A DNA stretch of 64,000 nt from a virus (taxonomy: Duplodnaviria > Heunggongvirae > Uroviricota > Caudoviricetes): the IMG/VR virus record IMGVR_UViG_3300035696_000002; one strand, written 5' to 3'. The position numbers and the translations under genes are program-made. The notes beneath the pieces are model-generated. The model saw nothing but the letters and a program-made list of their open reading frames with translations, was not told where the DNA came from and did no database searches. Numbering within the stretch: the stretch's first letter is position 1; each line of letters begins with the position of its first letter. Positions 18,569 through 27,884 of this stretch are shown here, piece after piece.

Positions 18569-19975
18569 CTAACTCTGCGGAGCCAAAATGATCTCCACCG
18601 TGCGGGCATCACCAGTACCCGTTTCGGTCTTGATCTGGCTGGCTTTAACCCCTTCGGTCTCAAGCTGCTTTTGAACGCGATACGCACGGGAGACCGCCGT
18701 CACAGGCGATTCCGATGGATTGCGATTCCCACGCAGTATGATGACGCTACCGGGATTCCGCTTGAGTGCCTTAACCGCCGCCGACAACATTTCCTTGCAG
18801 ACTGACGTGGGGCGAGTAGGGTCTACGATGACGGCATCACTGCCGGGAGTTTGGCACTGGGTCTTACTGGCAAACGTGCAAACGCCGATCAACTGCTCAA
18901 CAACTGGAGTCACGGGCACCGCCACTTGCGGAGCCGCAACCGGATTAGCGGCAGTCTGGACAGGCACCACGATAATCGTGGGCTGCTTCTCTTCAACCGG
19001 AGGAAGCGGCGGAGCCGCAACCGGGGCTGGCTGAGCATCCACGGTCATGCAATCTTCGAACGTGACGCCAGCCTTCTTGCTGCGTTTCTGGGTCACGAGC
19101 ATCTTGCAGGCCGCGACACGGCTGTGGAGCAATTCCGCGTAGTAGCGGGCGTACTCACGAGCGTCGCAACCACCGTCGATCTTTCCGCCGCCGCCCGAGA
19201 TGCCAAAGGCTTGCGTCTGAACACCGCCGCCGTAAGTCTTATAGCAAGGGTTGCCGGGGATGATCGAAGTACCGACAGCGGTGTTGACCGGAATGTCAGC
19301 CGCCTTGTAGTTCGTGGTATTCGAGTAGTTGTTCGAGTTGTCGCCATTTCCGTTGGCGGAGGAGGCGTTGTTGTTGGTGGACGAATTGGACTGTTGCTGG
19401 TTCGAACTGCCGCCAGCACCGCCCTGTCCACCTGTGGCCGTGGCATTGCCGCCAGCCCCACCCGCACCACCCTGTGCGGTGTTGTTATTCGTGTTGGACG
19501 AGTTGCCGGAGTTCTTCACGCCGCTAGTCGAGGACACCGGGCCGATTGTGTTGTTGACACCAACAGTCGAATTGCCGGAGCCGCTAACAGAACCACCAGT
19601 TGCAGTGGACGTAGACTTGGAACTGCCGCCAGTGGCCGAGGCACTGCCGCCGTTGGCCGTCTGGTTTTGTCCCTGCTGTTGCCCCTGCTGCTGTCCCTGA
19701 TTCTGATTGGACGACGCAGAAGAATTGGACGAAGAATTCGATGACGAAGTCGCTGTCGATGACGAAGAATTGCTGCTCGGATTGGACGGCGGAGTGGGGT
19801 TTTGGCACTGGAACGTTTGACCGTTCTCCGTGACTACCGCACCGATGCCGGATGATGCCGTGCCCTTGGTTCCCGATGGAACCGAAACCCAGTTCCCCGA
19901 ACACGGGGGCCATGCGAATGCCGCACTGGACATCAAACAGATTACAGCGATTAAGGCCAGATTCTTGATTTTCAT
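18569..19975 (-). CDS. Secreted Ser/Gly/Asn-rich protein with OmpA-C-like C-terminal domain
   Basis: Signal peptide MKIKNLALIAVICLMSSAAFA; low-complexity linker; ALKRNP...ILRG...SRAYRVQKQL...GVKASQI...RTVEI. Confidence 0.6.
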   Translation of the reverse strand: MKIKNLALIAVICLMSSAAFAWPPCSGNWVSVPSGTKGTASSGIGAVVTENGQTFQCQNPTPPSNPSSNSSSSTATSSSNSSSNSSASSNQNQGQQQGQQQGQNQTANGGSASATGGSSKSTSTATGGSVSGSGNSTVGVNNTIGPVSSTSGVKNSGNSSNTNNNTAQGGAGGAGGNATATGGQGGAGGSSNQQQSNSSTNNNASSANGNGDNSNNYSNTTNYKAADIPVNTAVGTSIIPGNPCYKTYGGGVQTQAFGISGGGGKIDGGCDAREYARYYAELLHSRVAACKMLVTQKRSKKAGVTFEDCMTVDAQPAPVAAPPLPPVEEKQPTIIVVPVQTAANPVAAPQVAVPVTPVVEQLIGVCTFASKTQCQTPGSDAVIVDPTRPTSVCKEMLSAAVKALKRNPGSVIILRGNRNPSESPVTAVSRAYRVQKQLETEGVKASQIKTETGTGDARTVEIILAPQS

Positions 19976-20098
19976 TTTCCTTTTCCTTGGTGGTCGATAT
20001 GGATTTATGAGTTTCACCATGTCAATAGTATCAAACTCACGAAGGTAATTACAACACAATAACGAAAGATTGGACATGGCACCGAAGTGCCATTGACC

Positions 20099-20344
20099 TC
20101 AACCCTTGAGTTTTATCGCCTGAATGCGTTGCCCGTGTTCGATCCAACTGACGGGTCGAGCCTTGGGCTCGTCGTTGTGATTCTCGTCGAACGCACGTCC
20201 GGTACAGAACGTCATGAAATTGTGGACATGAAACCACCTTTTCTTGAGCCCGCACCATCGAATTTGCTTACCGCATTCGCACACTGCTCGCTGATCGTCC
20301 ACCGGAACAGAACTTTCCCTCATCAGCACTGCTGCTGTTTCCAC
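20099..20344 (-). CDS. Small hypothetical protein
   Basis: GGAGG RBS plus GTG start. Confidence 0.45.
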   Translation of the reverse strand: METAAVLMRESSVPVDDQRAVCECGKQIRWCGLKKRWFHVHNFMTFCTGRAFDENHNDEPKARPVSWIEHGQRIQAIKLKG

Positions 20345-20367
20345 GTCTTGCCTCCCTCGGTTGTTAG

Positions 20368-21411
20368 TTAAAAGTTGTCAATCAAGTATTGTCGTAGCAA
20401 CGTCAGGCGGAACTGCATATCCTGAATGTCTACCTGTAAAACGAGTCGATCTGCCTGCAATTGGTTTTTGAATGTAAGTGCGGCGGCAGTATCCACACCA
20501 TTCAATGACTGTAAAGTCTGGTCGATGTCTGCATCATGGGCTAACAAAACCTTCAACTGTTCTTCATCAATCTGGACTGTCTCAGTGATTTCCTTTTGAA
20601 GAATGTTCGCCTGCACTGTCACGTCAATGCCCTGCGTTTCCTTCCATTGCGTGTAAGCCTGCACTGAGGCATCAATGTGCTTATCCGCACGCCTGCTCCC
20701 CAAGTTGTAGGAGAGCCCAATGGAGCCATAAGTCGCAGGGGGCAAGCCGGGATTAACCTGTGAATAAGCCCCTACGGCGAGGCTCACATCCCAGTCATTC
20801 TGTTTCGCCAGCCGGGCGAGGCTCTTTTGAGCCGCAACTTCGCTGCCCATCTTCTCCTGAATCAATTCTCGCAGGGGGGTTGAACTGAGCGGCGGCACAT
20901 AAGGGGTAGTAATCCCCGTCAGTGTAGTTGCACGACTTGAGTCCAGCCGGAGTTTCGCGGCTTGCAAAGAGTAGACCGACTGTCGGGAAAGGTTTTGAAC
21001 CTCAACCAGTTTCATATTCTCGGCGATCATCACGTCCAGTTTATCTGAGGTATCCTGAATCAATCGCAGTCTGTTTTTGAGCACCCCCTTTTCAATGGAA
21101 GGCAACGCGAAAAAGATTCGCCTCTGGGCCTCAGTCGTGGACTTGTACAGGTCACAATTCTTGCGGGCCGCGTCGAGGGTCATCCCCGCCTTTCGCTGGT
21201 TGGCAATGCTTGACGTAAACCCCCACGCCAGCGTGGCGGGCTGATTCATGCTCGGCTGCGTTGGCCCAAATACAGCATTCGGTGCCCGGAGCAGGTCGGC
21301 CTGAGCCTTCCCCTGTTCGATGACGTAGGCACAATACGCATCCTGCTCATCAGATGCGTGAGCCAGTAACGCGGCAAACAGAAATGCGAGAATGAATGCA
21401 ATCTTCCTCAT
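20368..21411 (-). CDS. Secreted coiled-coil protein, possibly outer-membrane-factor-like
   Basis: Signal peptide; helical repeats interrupted by short amphipathic beta segments; last gene of the GT2 operon. Confidence 0.45.
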   Translation of the reverse strand: MRKIAFILAFLFAALLAHASDEQDAYCAYVIEQGKAQADLLRAPNAVFGPTQPSMNQPATLAWGFTSSIANQRKAGMTLDAARKNCDLYKSTTEAQRRIFFALPSIEKGVLKNRLRLIQDTSDKLDVMIAENMKLVEVQNLSRQSVYSLQAAKLRLDSSRATTLTGITTPYVPPLSSTPLRELIQEKMGSEVAAQKSLARLAKQNDWDVSLAVGAYSQVNPGLPPATYGSIGLSYNLGSRRADKHIDASVQAYTQWKETQGIDVTVQANILQKEITETVQIDEEQLKVLLAHDADIDQTLQSLNGVDTAAALTFKNQLQADRLVLQVDIQDMQFRLTLLRQYLIDNF

Positions 21412-21419
21412 GCAGCCTC

Positions 21420-22454
21420 CTAAAAGAGCAGCGGTTTATGGTTGAGGAACAGGACAGAGTTCTTCGCTGCTTGAACATCTGTCAGGTTCAGTTGAATCAG
21501 TGTACCGCGAAGCTGGGTGTGGAAAACCGGGTGCATGGTCGTCTCTTCTTCCGAAAACGCCCGTTCAACCGTTCCAACACGATGGCAAATAATCATGCTC
21601 AGATAGCACCCGTAAACCGGGGCTCCCACAACCATATTGGACTGATTCGAGTATGGAACAAAGGCAAACTGCGTGTCGCCCTGAGTAGCCAAATAGTAAG
21701 GGCTGATACTGGCGATTTTAAGGGCTTGTTGCAGAAAGGCGATCTGCTGCTTGTCAGAGACTAGCTGCTCCTCCCCGGTCTCAATTAAAACGTCAAGCTG
21801 AACTTCTTGGCTTTTCAGATCAGCCTGCTTAGAGAGGACATCGAGGAGTTGTGTACCCGTCGTATTTTTCTGGAGGACGCTATCCCGCAGCAAAACCTCT
21901 GCAATTTTACTATCCGTGTGAGACGTTTTGGCCTGATTGATCGCCGTTCTTTGGGTAGCAGCATCCCCTTTCGTGATAAGTCCGGCCTTCAACTCCTGAT
22001 TGATCTGATCTTCAACCTGTTGGACATCATCCAAAATCGCTCGTGTTTTAACGTTGTCGTCTTGCTTTTGAGCATCCAACTGAGCTAACGCCGCACCACT
22101 AACTTCATTGTGAACAGACTCCCGAGAGATAGCGGCTTGCAGTTCTTTGTCGAGCCGCAACAAGGCCGCTTTTTGGGTCTTCATATCGCCGAGGCTGGTG
22201 TCCAATCGGTCTCTATCCAAAGTTAACGTCGCCAAAGATTGTTGGCTGGTAATCAACTTACCAGTCATGTCGAGAATCTTATCGTTGCTCGGGGTCGCAA
22301 TGAACGGCACGACCCACGAACTACTGGCGGCAAAGAAACCTAGATTGAAAACGTAGGAGCCAATGGCCAAAAGCACGCCGTACAAAATAATGGCGGCTGC
22401 AATCTTGTAGCACAACACAAACGACTTGTGCATGTAGCTGTGAAGGGTTCTCAT
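21420..22454 (-). CDS. Membrane-anchored coiled-coil protein, possibly periplasmic adaptor-like
   Basis: N-terminal TM helix, long coiled coil, C-terminal beta domain; ATGA overlap with GT2. Confidence 0.5.
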   Translation of the reverse strand: MRTLHSYMHKSFVLCYKIAAAIILYGVLLAIGSYVFNLGFFAASSSWVVPFIATPSNDKILDMTGKLITSQQSLATLTLDRDRLDTSLGDMKTQKAALLRLDKELQAAISRESVHNEVSGAALAQLDAQKQDDNVKTRAILDDVQQVEDQINQELKAGLITKGDAATQRTAINQAKTSHTDSKIAEVLLRDSVLQKNTTGTQLLDVLSKQADLKSQEVQLDVLIETGEEQLVSDKQQIAFLQQALKIASISPYYLATQGDTQFAFVPYSNQSNMVVGAPVYGCYLSMIICHRVGTVERAFSEEETTMHPVFHTQLRGTLIQLNLTDVQAAKNSVLFLNHKPLLF

Positions 22455-23674
22455 ACGACTGCTTTCTCCTCTTTCGGTTTCTGGTCACGTGTCACCCAAC
22501 CTGCTTGATCGAGGGTGAACATGGCGAGAATGGTCAGAAAAACGGTGTTCAATGCCCATAGAGTCGCACAAAGGGCCAACTTGATGGGGGTTTTAATTGC
22601 GTGTTCGGGGTCGTATTTGTTCAAAAAGAACGCAGCGATCACAGCCGATAAAAAGAAACTCACCAACCCCACAATGCTGACTTCTAGTAATTCTCCCGAC
22701 ATAGCAGCGTAGAATCCGGCGATTAAAGGGATGAAGGTCGCCAACGGCTGAATAAGATACCCATAGATAGCTCCGGGGTGCAAATCCAAATGCCTATGCA
22801 ATGTCCGCACCGTGAAAAAGAAATCCCGCAACCCGGTTCGACGCCAGCGAAGTTGCTGTTTGAAATACTCCGTGAATGTCGCGGGGGCGGCTGTCCAGCA
22901 TTTCGCAGCCGGGTTTGTGTAAGTCCCCCACCCTTTCAAAATAACGCGATGCGTAATAAACCGATCCTCACCATCGTGGACAGGGATACCAAACCAATGC
23001 CGTTCCTCCAGTTCCTTTTGAATTTCCACAAGAAGGTGTCGGCGAATTGTGAGCATAGCACCTGAACAGCAAGCCACTGTCCGCATGAAACTCTGAGCCG
23101 TTTTGGTGAGTTCAAACACGATGAAATACGTGTAGGCCTGAAAAGCGGCGATCAGACTTTGATTTTGGTTTCGGACTCGAACAGACCCGGCTGCCGCACC
23201 AATGGTGGGGTCGCTCAAACAAACCACCAGTTCTTTGACCGTATCAGCATCAAACAGCGTGTCAGAATCCGTGAGCAAAATGACATCCCCAACGGAGCGT
23301 CGAAACCCATACATGGTCGCACCATCTTTACCACCGCTATTGACCGGGGTTTGATGTGCGAACACGTTCGGAAAATCAGCCGCCGCCTTTTTGATCCAGA
23401 CATAGCTGTCATCACGTGAACAATCATCGACAGCAATAACCTCCAGCTTTTCAGCCGGGTAATCACTGTGAACAACACTCTCAATCGTATCGTAGACCAC
23501 CCGGCCCTCATTGAAACAGGGAATGATGACACTCACCGTGGGCTGGTACGAGTAGTCTTTCTCAAGCTGCCAGAGATCGGGATGAAACCAGCGGAGAATG
23601 CCGGAATACACCCGATCCATGACTATGGTGAGAAGGACGATTGACGCACAGACAGCTACGAGTCCATCCAACAT
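22451..23674 (-). CDS. Processive GT2 polysaccharide synthase (HAS/NodC-like)
   Basis: DDCS, DSD, CCSG, GEDR and QQLRW (D,D,D,QxxRW) plus several TM helices. Confidence 0.85.
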   Translation of the reverse strand: MLDGLVAVCASIVLLTIVMDRVYSGILRWFHPDLWQLEKDYSYQPTVSVIIPCFNEGRVVYDTIESVVHSDYPAEKLEVIAVDDCSRDDSYVWIKKAAADFPNVFAHQTPVNSGGKDGATMYGFRRSVGDVILLTDSDTLFDADTVKELVVCLSDPTIGAAAGSVRVRNQNQSLIAAFQAYTYFIVFELTKTAQSFMRTVACCSGAMLTIRRHLLVEIQKELEERHWFGIPVHDGEDRFITHRVILKGWGTYTNPAAKCWTAAPATFTEYFKQQLRWRRTGLRDFFFTVRTLHRHLDLHPGAIYGYLIQPLATFIPLIAGFYAAMSGELLEVSIVGLVSFFLSAVIAAFFLNKYDPEHAIKTPIKLALCATLWALNTVFLTILAMFTLDQAGWVTRDQKPKEEKAVV

Positions 23675-24423
23675 TAGTTGGCCCCCAAGGGAGTGAACGT
23701 TACATTCTTGACAAAGATGTAACGCGGCGTCTTAAAAGTGGCCGTTCCGCCCCAACGGCGATTGTTGCCCCAATGGTCGATGCAGATAAACGCGGGGGCC
23801 GATGGGACGTTTTTGGTATGAACCCCAACGAACTTCCCGTCGATATAAAATTCGATGCTGCCCGGTTTCCAGACGTACTCGAACCGATGAAAACCATCAC
23901 TCAGGTTGGCAACTTTGGTTTGTTGATTGAAGACGGGGCTCTTTTTCTGCGAACGGTTCGCCCAACTCGTGACATACGTGTTTCCCGGCTCACTGCCAAG
24001 AAACTCGAAATCAATTTCAGTCTGAGAATTGTTGTAGTAGCTAAACAGGCCAGTCACGCCGCCTGAGACCGAGGAGCCGGGGCCGTTGGGTGTGCTAGAT
24101 GTAGTCCCGATTCGGACAGTAAACCCATATTTACCGAAACCGAAACGACGAATGGAGCGAATTTCTCCACCAGTCGAAACGATCTGCCCCTGTTTTGGAT
24201 TCGTTTGCACGAGGGCGATCCGCAACATGCCCTGAGAAAAATCTACGTTGGCGGGATCGTACAAACTTGTGAGGTTTCCGACCGTACCCGGCCCATAGCC
24301 TTTCGAGATCGTCCACTTATCTGTGTCAAGTTTGCCAGCAGAAAAATCATCGCTGAAGGTGGGAGATTGGGCGACAGCAAAAGTCGCCAAAAACAATACG
24401 AGCAAACTGACAGTAAACCGCAT
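23674..24423 (-). CDS. Secreted GH16 glycoside hydrolase
   Basis: Signal peptide; catalytic EIDFE (ExDxE); FHRFEYVW..GSIEFYIDG. Confidence 0.88.
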   Translation of the reverse strand: MRFTVSLLVLFLATFAVAQSPTFSDDFSAGKLDTDKWTISKGYGPGTVGNLTSLYDPANVDFSQGMLRIALVQTNPKQGQIVSTGGEIRSIRRFGFGKYGFTVRIGTTSSTPNGPGSSVSGGVTGLFSYYNNSQTEIDFEFLGSEPGNTYVTSWANRSQKKSPVFNQQTKVANLSDGFHRFEYVWKPGSIEFYIDGKFVGVHTKNVPSAPAFICIDHWGNNRRWGGTATFKTPRYIFVKNVTFTPLGAN

Positions 24424-24470
24424 ACTTCCTCCGGGGAACCTAGTGTCGCCCTCGGGGAGGGCTGATTAAA

Positions 24471-24499
24471 AATATACTAGGTCTCGGGGAAAACTGCAA
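24471..24499 (-). promoter_or_regulatory. Sigma70-like promoter of the GH16-GT2 operon
   Basis: TTGCAG-17 nt-TATATT; inverted repeat ACCTAGT/ACTAGGT at 24438-24444 and 24476-24482 may be an operator. Confidence 0.55.
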
Positions 24500-24502
24500 G
24501 TC

Positions 24503-25231
24503 TTAATGCCAGTAGCCTTGATCTTTGTAGAAATACTCAGGGTTGCCGCCCATGAAGATCGTTTTGATGAAGAGCCAGACCATCTTGGGGCCGTGCATCT
24601 TGGTCTTCTTAAAGCGACGGTTGGTCGTCGCGACGCCGCCGCCAACAACGGCGAACTGCTTCCGGGGAACCTTCTTGCTGAGCATATAGTCTTCAGCATA
24701 AAGGGCTTTTTCGTCGAAACCACCCAGCCGCCAGAAAGCGTCCCGGTTCCAGAGCATGAACATTCCGGTCGCGAAACTCATCCCAAACCAGCCGGAGGCA
24801 CGCTGACAAAGATTGGCACAACGGTAGATCATGCGATCCGAGGCCGACCCGGTCGGGCAGTACAGATCGGTGGTCACGAGCGTCCGGTTGTGGGCTCGGG
24901 CCTCCATGACCGCGTCTTCAATCACGTAGGGCGAATGCAGGATGATGTCGGCGTCCATGAACAGGACAAACCGGGTAGTGGCGACCTGTGCCCCACGGTT
25001 CCGGCCTACAGCCGGAAGCCCGCCCGGCACCACAGTCAGATCGTACTTGTAGGCCTTCGATAGGGCCTTCGCCTTGCCCACGGTCAAATCCCATGAGTCG
25101 GCATCAGCGAGAATGATTTTCGGAAATCCGTGGTTCTTGACGTAGCTTTGCTGCCAGATGGAAGTGAGGAGTCTGCCAATCAACCGCTCTTCATTTTTAG
25201 CTGGGATCACTATGGTGAGTTCTGAGTTCAT
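24503..25231 (-). CDS. GT2 glycosyltransferase
   Basis: IVIPAKNEE, ADADS, GRNRGA, FMDAD, GGFDE...AED. Confidence 0.85.
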   Translation of the reverse strand: MNSELTIVIPAKNEERLIGRLLTSIWQQSYVKNHGFPKIILADADSWDLTVGKAKALSKAYKYDLTVVPGGLPAVGRNRGAQVATTRFVLFMDADIILHSPYVIEDAVMEARAHNRTLVTTDLYCPTGSASDRMIYRCANLCQRASGWFGMSFATGMFMLWNRDAFWRLGGFDEKALYAEDYMLSKKVPRKQFAVVGGGVATTNRRFKKTKMHGPKMVWLFIKTIFMGGNPEYFYKDQGYWH

Positions 25232-25910
25232 GCAGTTCTACTCCCTCTTCGCCTAAGGTCACATACGTGGAGACATCCCCAGTCCAGTGTCCGGTATTCC
25301 AATACCCTACTCCATCTCGGATTTCATGGCAAGCATGATGTGTGTGCCCACAAAAAATAAATTGGGCCTCTTCACGTCGGGCTTTTGCAAATGCTCCCTC
25401 CATGACTTTGGTATCGAGTCTTTCCCAATGCGTGTGCAAACGGTCGAGGAGCCGGGGCAGCCAATTCTGCACGGTTTTGAAATGCTGGAGCCAGAGATAG
25501 AATTTCGTGAAGACTGCACCGATCATCGGCGTGCCGCCAGCCCACAGACTATCGTACTGGTGCCCGTGGATTGCGAAACATTTGTGCCCGGCCCACGCCC
25601 ACTCGTACTGCTGATAGACTTTGACGCCCAACAGGTGCTCCATGACCTCGGTGATTCCAGCATCGTGGTTGCCCTCAACCCACACGACTTCAACGCCACG
25701 TTTTGGATTGGACAGCGTGCGAATGTAGCTGATGAGTTTCCACTGTTCTTTCGTGAGACGGGAAAAATTCAAGTCGGCAAAAATGTCGCCGAGAAGAATG
25801 AGCCGCTTGAATTGCGTGTTTTTTAAGAGCGTGAGGAGGTCTTTGGCTCTCGCGATTTTCGAGCCAAGGTGGATGTCGCTGACGATGAGTGAGTCGTAGG
25901 GCATCATCAC
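25197..25910 (-). CDS. Metallophosphoesterase, LpxH/UDP-2,3-diacylglucosamine hydrolase-like
   Basis: SDIHLG, LGDI, GNHD, HGH, CGHTH, NTGHW. Confidence 0.82.
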   Translation of the reverse strand: MMMPYDSLIVSDIHLGSKIARAKDLLTLLKNTQFKRLILLGDIFADLNFSRLTKEQWKLISYIRTLSNPKRGVEVVWVEGNHDAGITEVMEHLLGVKVYQQYEWAWAGHKCFAIHGHQYDSLWAGGTPMIGAVFTKFYLWLQHFKTVQNWLPRLLDRLHTHWERLDTKVMEGAFAKARREEAQFIFCGHTHHACHEIRDGVGYWNTGHWTGDVSTYVTLGEEGVELHELRTHHSDPS

Positions 25911-25999
25911 TTATGGTACACGTAGGCACATTACAGTCAGGTTAAAATTTCGTCCCCAAAAGCCAGACTATCCGCCTCATTACCAGAGGTGCATTACTC

Positions 26000-26776
26000 A
26001 TGGCTGACTCGCTGCACAACCCCATCAAGGACAGGTCAAGACTGATGACAGACAGATCACAATACAAATTAGGGAAAAAGGATTTCAAGTTCGATTCCCG
26101 AACGCTGAAACTGAGGGACTATCTTGTTCCAACGTTGCCAGCACCACCTGCGTCGATCAACTGGGCACCAAACGTGACCTCTTGGCCGATGCTCATGAAT
26201 GACACGCTCGGCGACTGCACGATTGCTGCCGCCCTGCATGCGGTTCAAGTGTGGATGCTCAGCCAAGGCAAGACGTACACGCCCACTGATGCGATTGCTC
26301 TTGAGTACTACGAGAAATGGGACGGCTATGTCAATGGCGACCCCAACACCGATAACGGCGGAGATGAAACCACCGTTCTCACGAGGTGGAAGGCACACAA
26401 CCTCAACACCCACGTGTTGAGAGGCTGGGTCGATCCGCAGCCGGGCAACCAGACGCACATCATGCAGTCCATCGCCTACTTCGGCGGCGTGTATATTGGG
26501 CTTCAACTCCCGGTGTCGGCACAGAATCAAACCGAGTGGACTGTGGTTGCAAACGACGGCGGCGTGTGGGGCGGGCATGCAGTTTACTGCTATGCCTACA
26601 ACTCCACTGGGCCGATCTGTGCCACGTGGAACGAAGTGATGCAGATGACTTGGGGCTTCTGGGACAAGTACTGCGACGAAGCACACTGCTTGCTTGGTGC
26701 GGCTTGGGCTCCGGGAGTCAAGGACGTAATCAAGTACAGCCAGTTCGAGGCCGATCTGGCATTGGTCAGCGGCTAA
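26000..26776 (+). CDS. Papain-like (C1-related) cysteine peptidase
   Basis: NDTLGDCTIAA (Cys), WGGHAV (His), ATW. Confidence 0.65.
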   Translation: MADSLHNPIKDRSRLMTDRSQYKLGKKDFKFDSRTLKLRDYLVPTLPAPPASINWAPNVTSWPMLMNDTLGDCTIAAALHAVQVWMLSQGKTYTPTDAIALEYYEKWDGYVNGDPNTDNGGDETTVLTRWKAHNLNTHVLRGWVDPQPGNQTHIMQSIAYFGGVYIGLQLPVSAQNQTEWTVVANDGGVWGGHAVYCYAYNSTGPICATWNEVMQMTWGFWDKYCDEAHCLLGAAWAPGVKDVIKYSQFEADLALVSG

Positions 26777-26791
26777 GCGAACCTGAAATAC

Positions 26792-26822
26792 AAAAGGGCA
26801 GCCTCAACGGGCTGCCCTTTTT
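26792..26822. terminator. Bidirectional intrinsic terminator
   Basis: AAAAGGGCAGCC-TCAACG-GGCTGCCCTTTTT between convergent genes. Confidence 0.85.
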
Positions 26823-26834
26823 AGTTTGGGAACT

Positions 26835-27257
26835 TTACTCAAGGCCGAGGGCTTTCTTCTCAACTGCAACGCGATTCAAGGCACGCTGGAGATCGCCGCA
26901 CGCGGCTTGGTAGCCATGGTTCGGTTGGAATCCATTCAACCACCAATTCATCGCCCGGCCCCAGAGCTTGCCTTCACAAGACGCACGCCATGCGTGTGCG
27001 GACATGGTCTCGTCATTCTGCCCGTTCATAAAAGTCACGTTCAGGAAAATGTCGAACGCATCGAGCCAGCGATGGATGCGACTCTCATGGTTGGACTTCT
27101 CCATTGCGATGGCGATGTTCGCTGGGTTCATGGGCATGCTGTTGCTCGTGCCCAAAAGGTGGTGGATGCCACGGAAGATCAGACTGACAACGACGAGTGC
27201 AGAAGCGGCGGCGAGATAGATTTCCCCGCCGAGAAGGAGTTTGTGTAAGAAGGTCAT
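26835..27257 (-). CDS. Small membrane protein
   Basis: N-terminal TM; DETMSAHAWR...NHGYQA motif; start MTFLHK. Confidence 0.55.
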   Translation of the reverse strand: MTFLHKLLLGGEIYLAAASALVVVSLIFRGIHHLLGTSNSMPMNPANIAIAMEKSNHESRIHRWLDAFDIFLNVTFMNGQNDETMSAHAWRASCEGKLWGRAMNWWLNGFQPNHGYQAACGDLQRALNRVAVEKKALGLE

Positions 27258-27282
27258 ACTAAGGGGTGGGAAAGTGCAGAAT

Positions 27283-27356
27283 TGGCTGCCCCCCAAGGAT
27301 TCGAACCTCGCTTTCCTGATTCAGAGTCAGGCGTCCTACCGCTAGACGACAGGGCA
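27283..27356 (-). tRNA. tRNA-Gln(CUG)
   Basis: Cloverleaf TGCCCTG...CTGA-CTCTGAA-TCAG...TTCGAAT...GCCA. Confidence 0.9.
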
Positions 27357-27361
27357 AAATT

Positions 27362-27435
27362 TGGCTGGGTCGGAGCGATTCGAACGCCCATAGACTGATT
27401 CAAAGTCAGCCGTCCTGCCGTTAGACGACAACCCA
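27362..27435 (-). tRNA. tRNA-Gln(UUG)
   Basis: Cloverleaf, loop CTTTGAA, encoded CCA. Confidence 0.9.
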
Positions 27436-27439
27436 AAAA

Positions 27440-27516
27440 TGGCACCGGGTGATGGGTACGATCCACCATCATACGGGTCAAAGCCGTAGGCCTTCTTCCG
27501 TTTAGGCGAACCCGGT
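27440..27516 (-). tRNA. tRNA-Gln(UUG), atypical T-loop
   Basis: ACCGGGT/ACCCGGT acceptor, TACGG-CTTTGAC-CCGTA, T-loop ATCGTAC, G-CCA. Confidence 0.75.
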
Positions 27517-27521
27517 AAGTT

Positions 27522-27607
27522 TGGAGCCGATGGAGGGATTCGAACCCCCGTGGGATTTCTCCGGCAGTTTACAAAACTGCTGCAATCGACCACTATGCGA
27601 CATCGGC
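27522..27607 (-). tRNA. tRNA-Thr(UGU) with long variable arm
   Basis: GCAGT-TTTGTAA-ACTGC; variable arm CGGA-GAAA-TCCCAC; G1-C72, C2-G71, U73. Confidence 0.8.
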
Positions 27608-27611
27608 AAAT

Positions 27612-27884
27612 CTAAGCTCTTCGTGCGAACCCGGTCACGACCACGGGTTTTGCTTTCGGTTCTGGCGGATTGTCGATCACCCACGCCAGATGGGCTGCAA
27701 ATAATTTTTCGTATTCGGCCTTGAGGGCATTTCCCTCGTCGATCATCGCCTGATCGTTGGCTTTGATGCCAGCGGCCAATTTTCGGAGGAAGCTACGCCG
27801 TGCTTCCAGTACCTTGGAATTCTGATACAGCAAGTCAACCTGCTCGTCAGACAAAGGCAATTGCCGGGTTCTCCCTAGCAGCAC
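27612..27884 (-). CDS. Small hypothetical protein inside tRNA operon
   Basis: ORF track; TAG stop 4 nt before tRNA-Thr. Confidence 0.45.
   Translation of the reverse strand: MLLGRTRQLPLSDEQVDLLYQNSKVLEARRSFLRKLAAGIKANDQAMIDEGNALKAEYEKLFAAHLAWVIDNPPEPKAKPVVVTGFARRA

Noticed and set aside
19300-19800. Possible CRISPR or DNA repeat array
   Set aside because: Low-complexity Ser/Gly/Asn/Gln coding sequence; no repeat-spacer periodicity seen here or elsewhere in the window
27254-27724. ORF-track entries across the tRNA cluster (also 30941-31985)
   Set aside because: They overlap clear tRNA or tRNA-like genes
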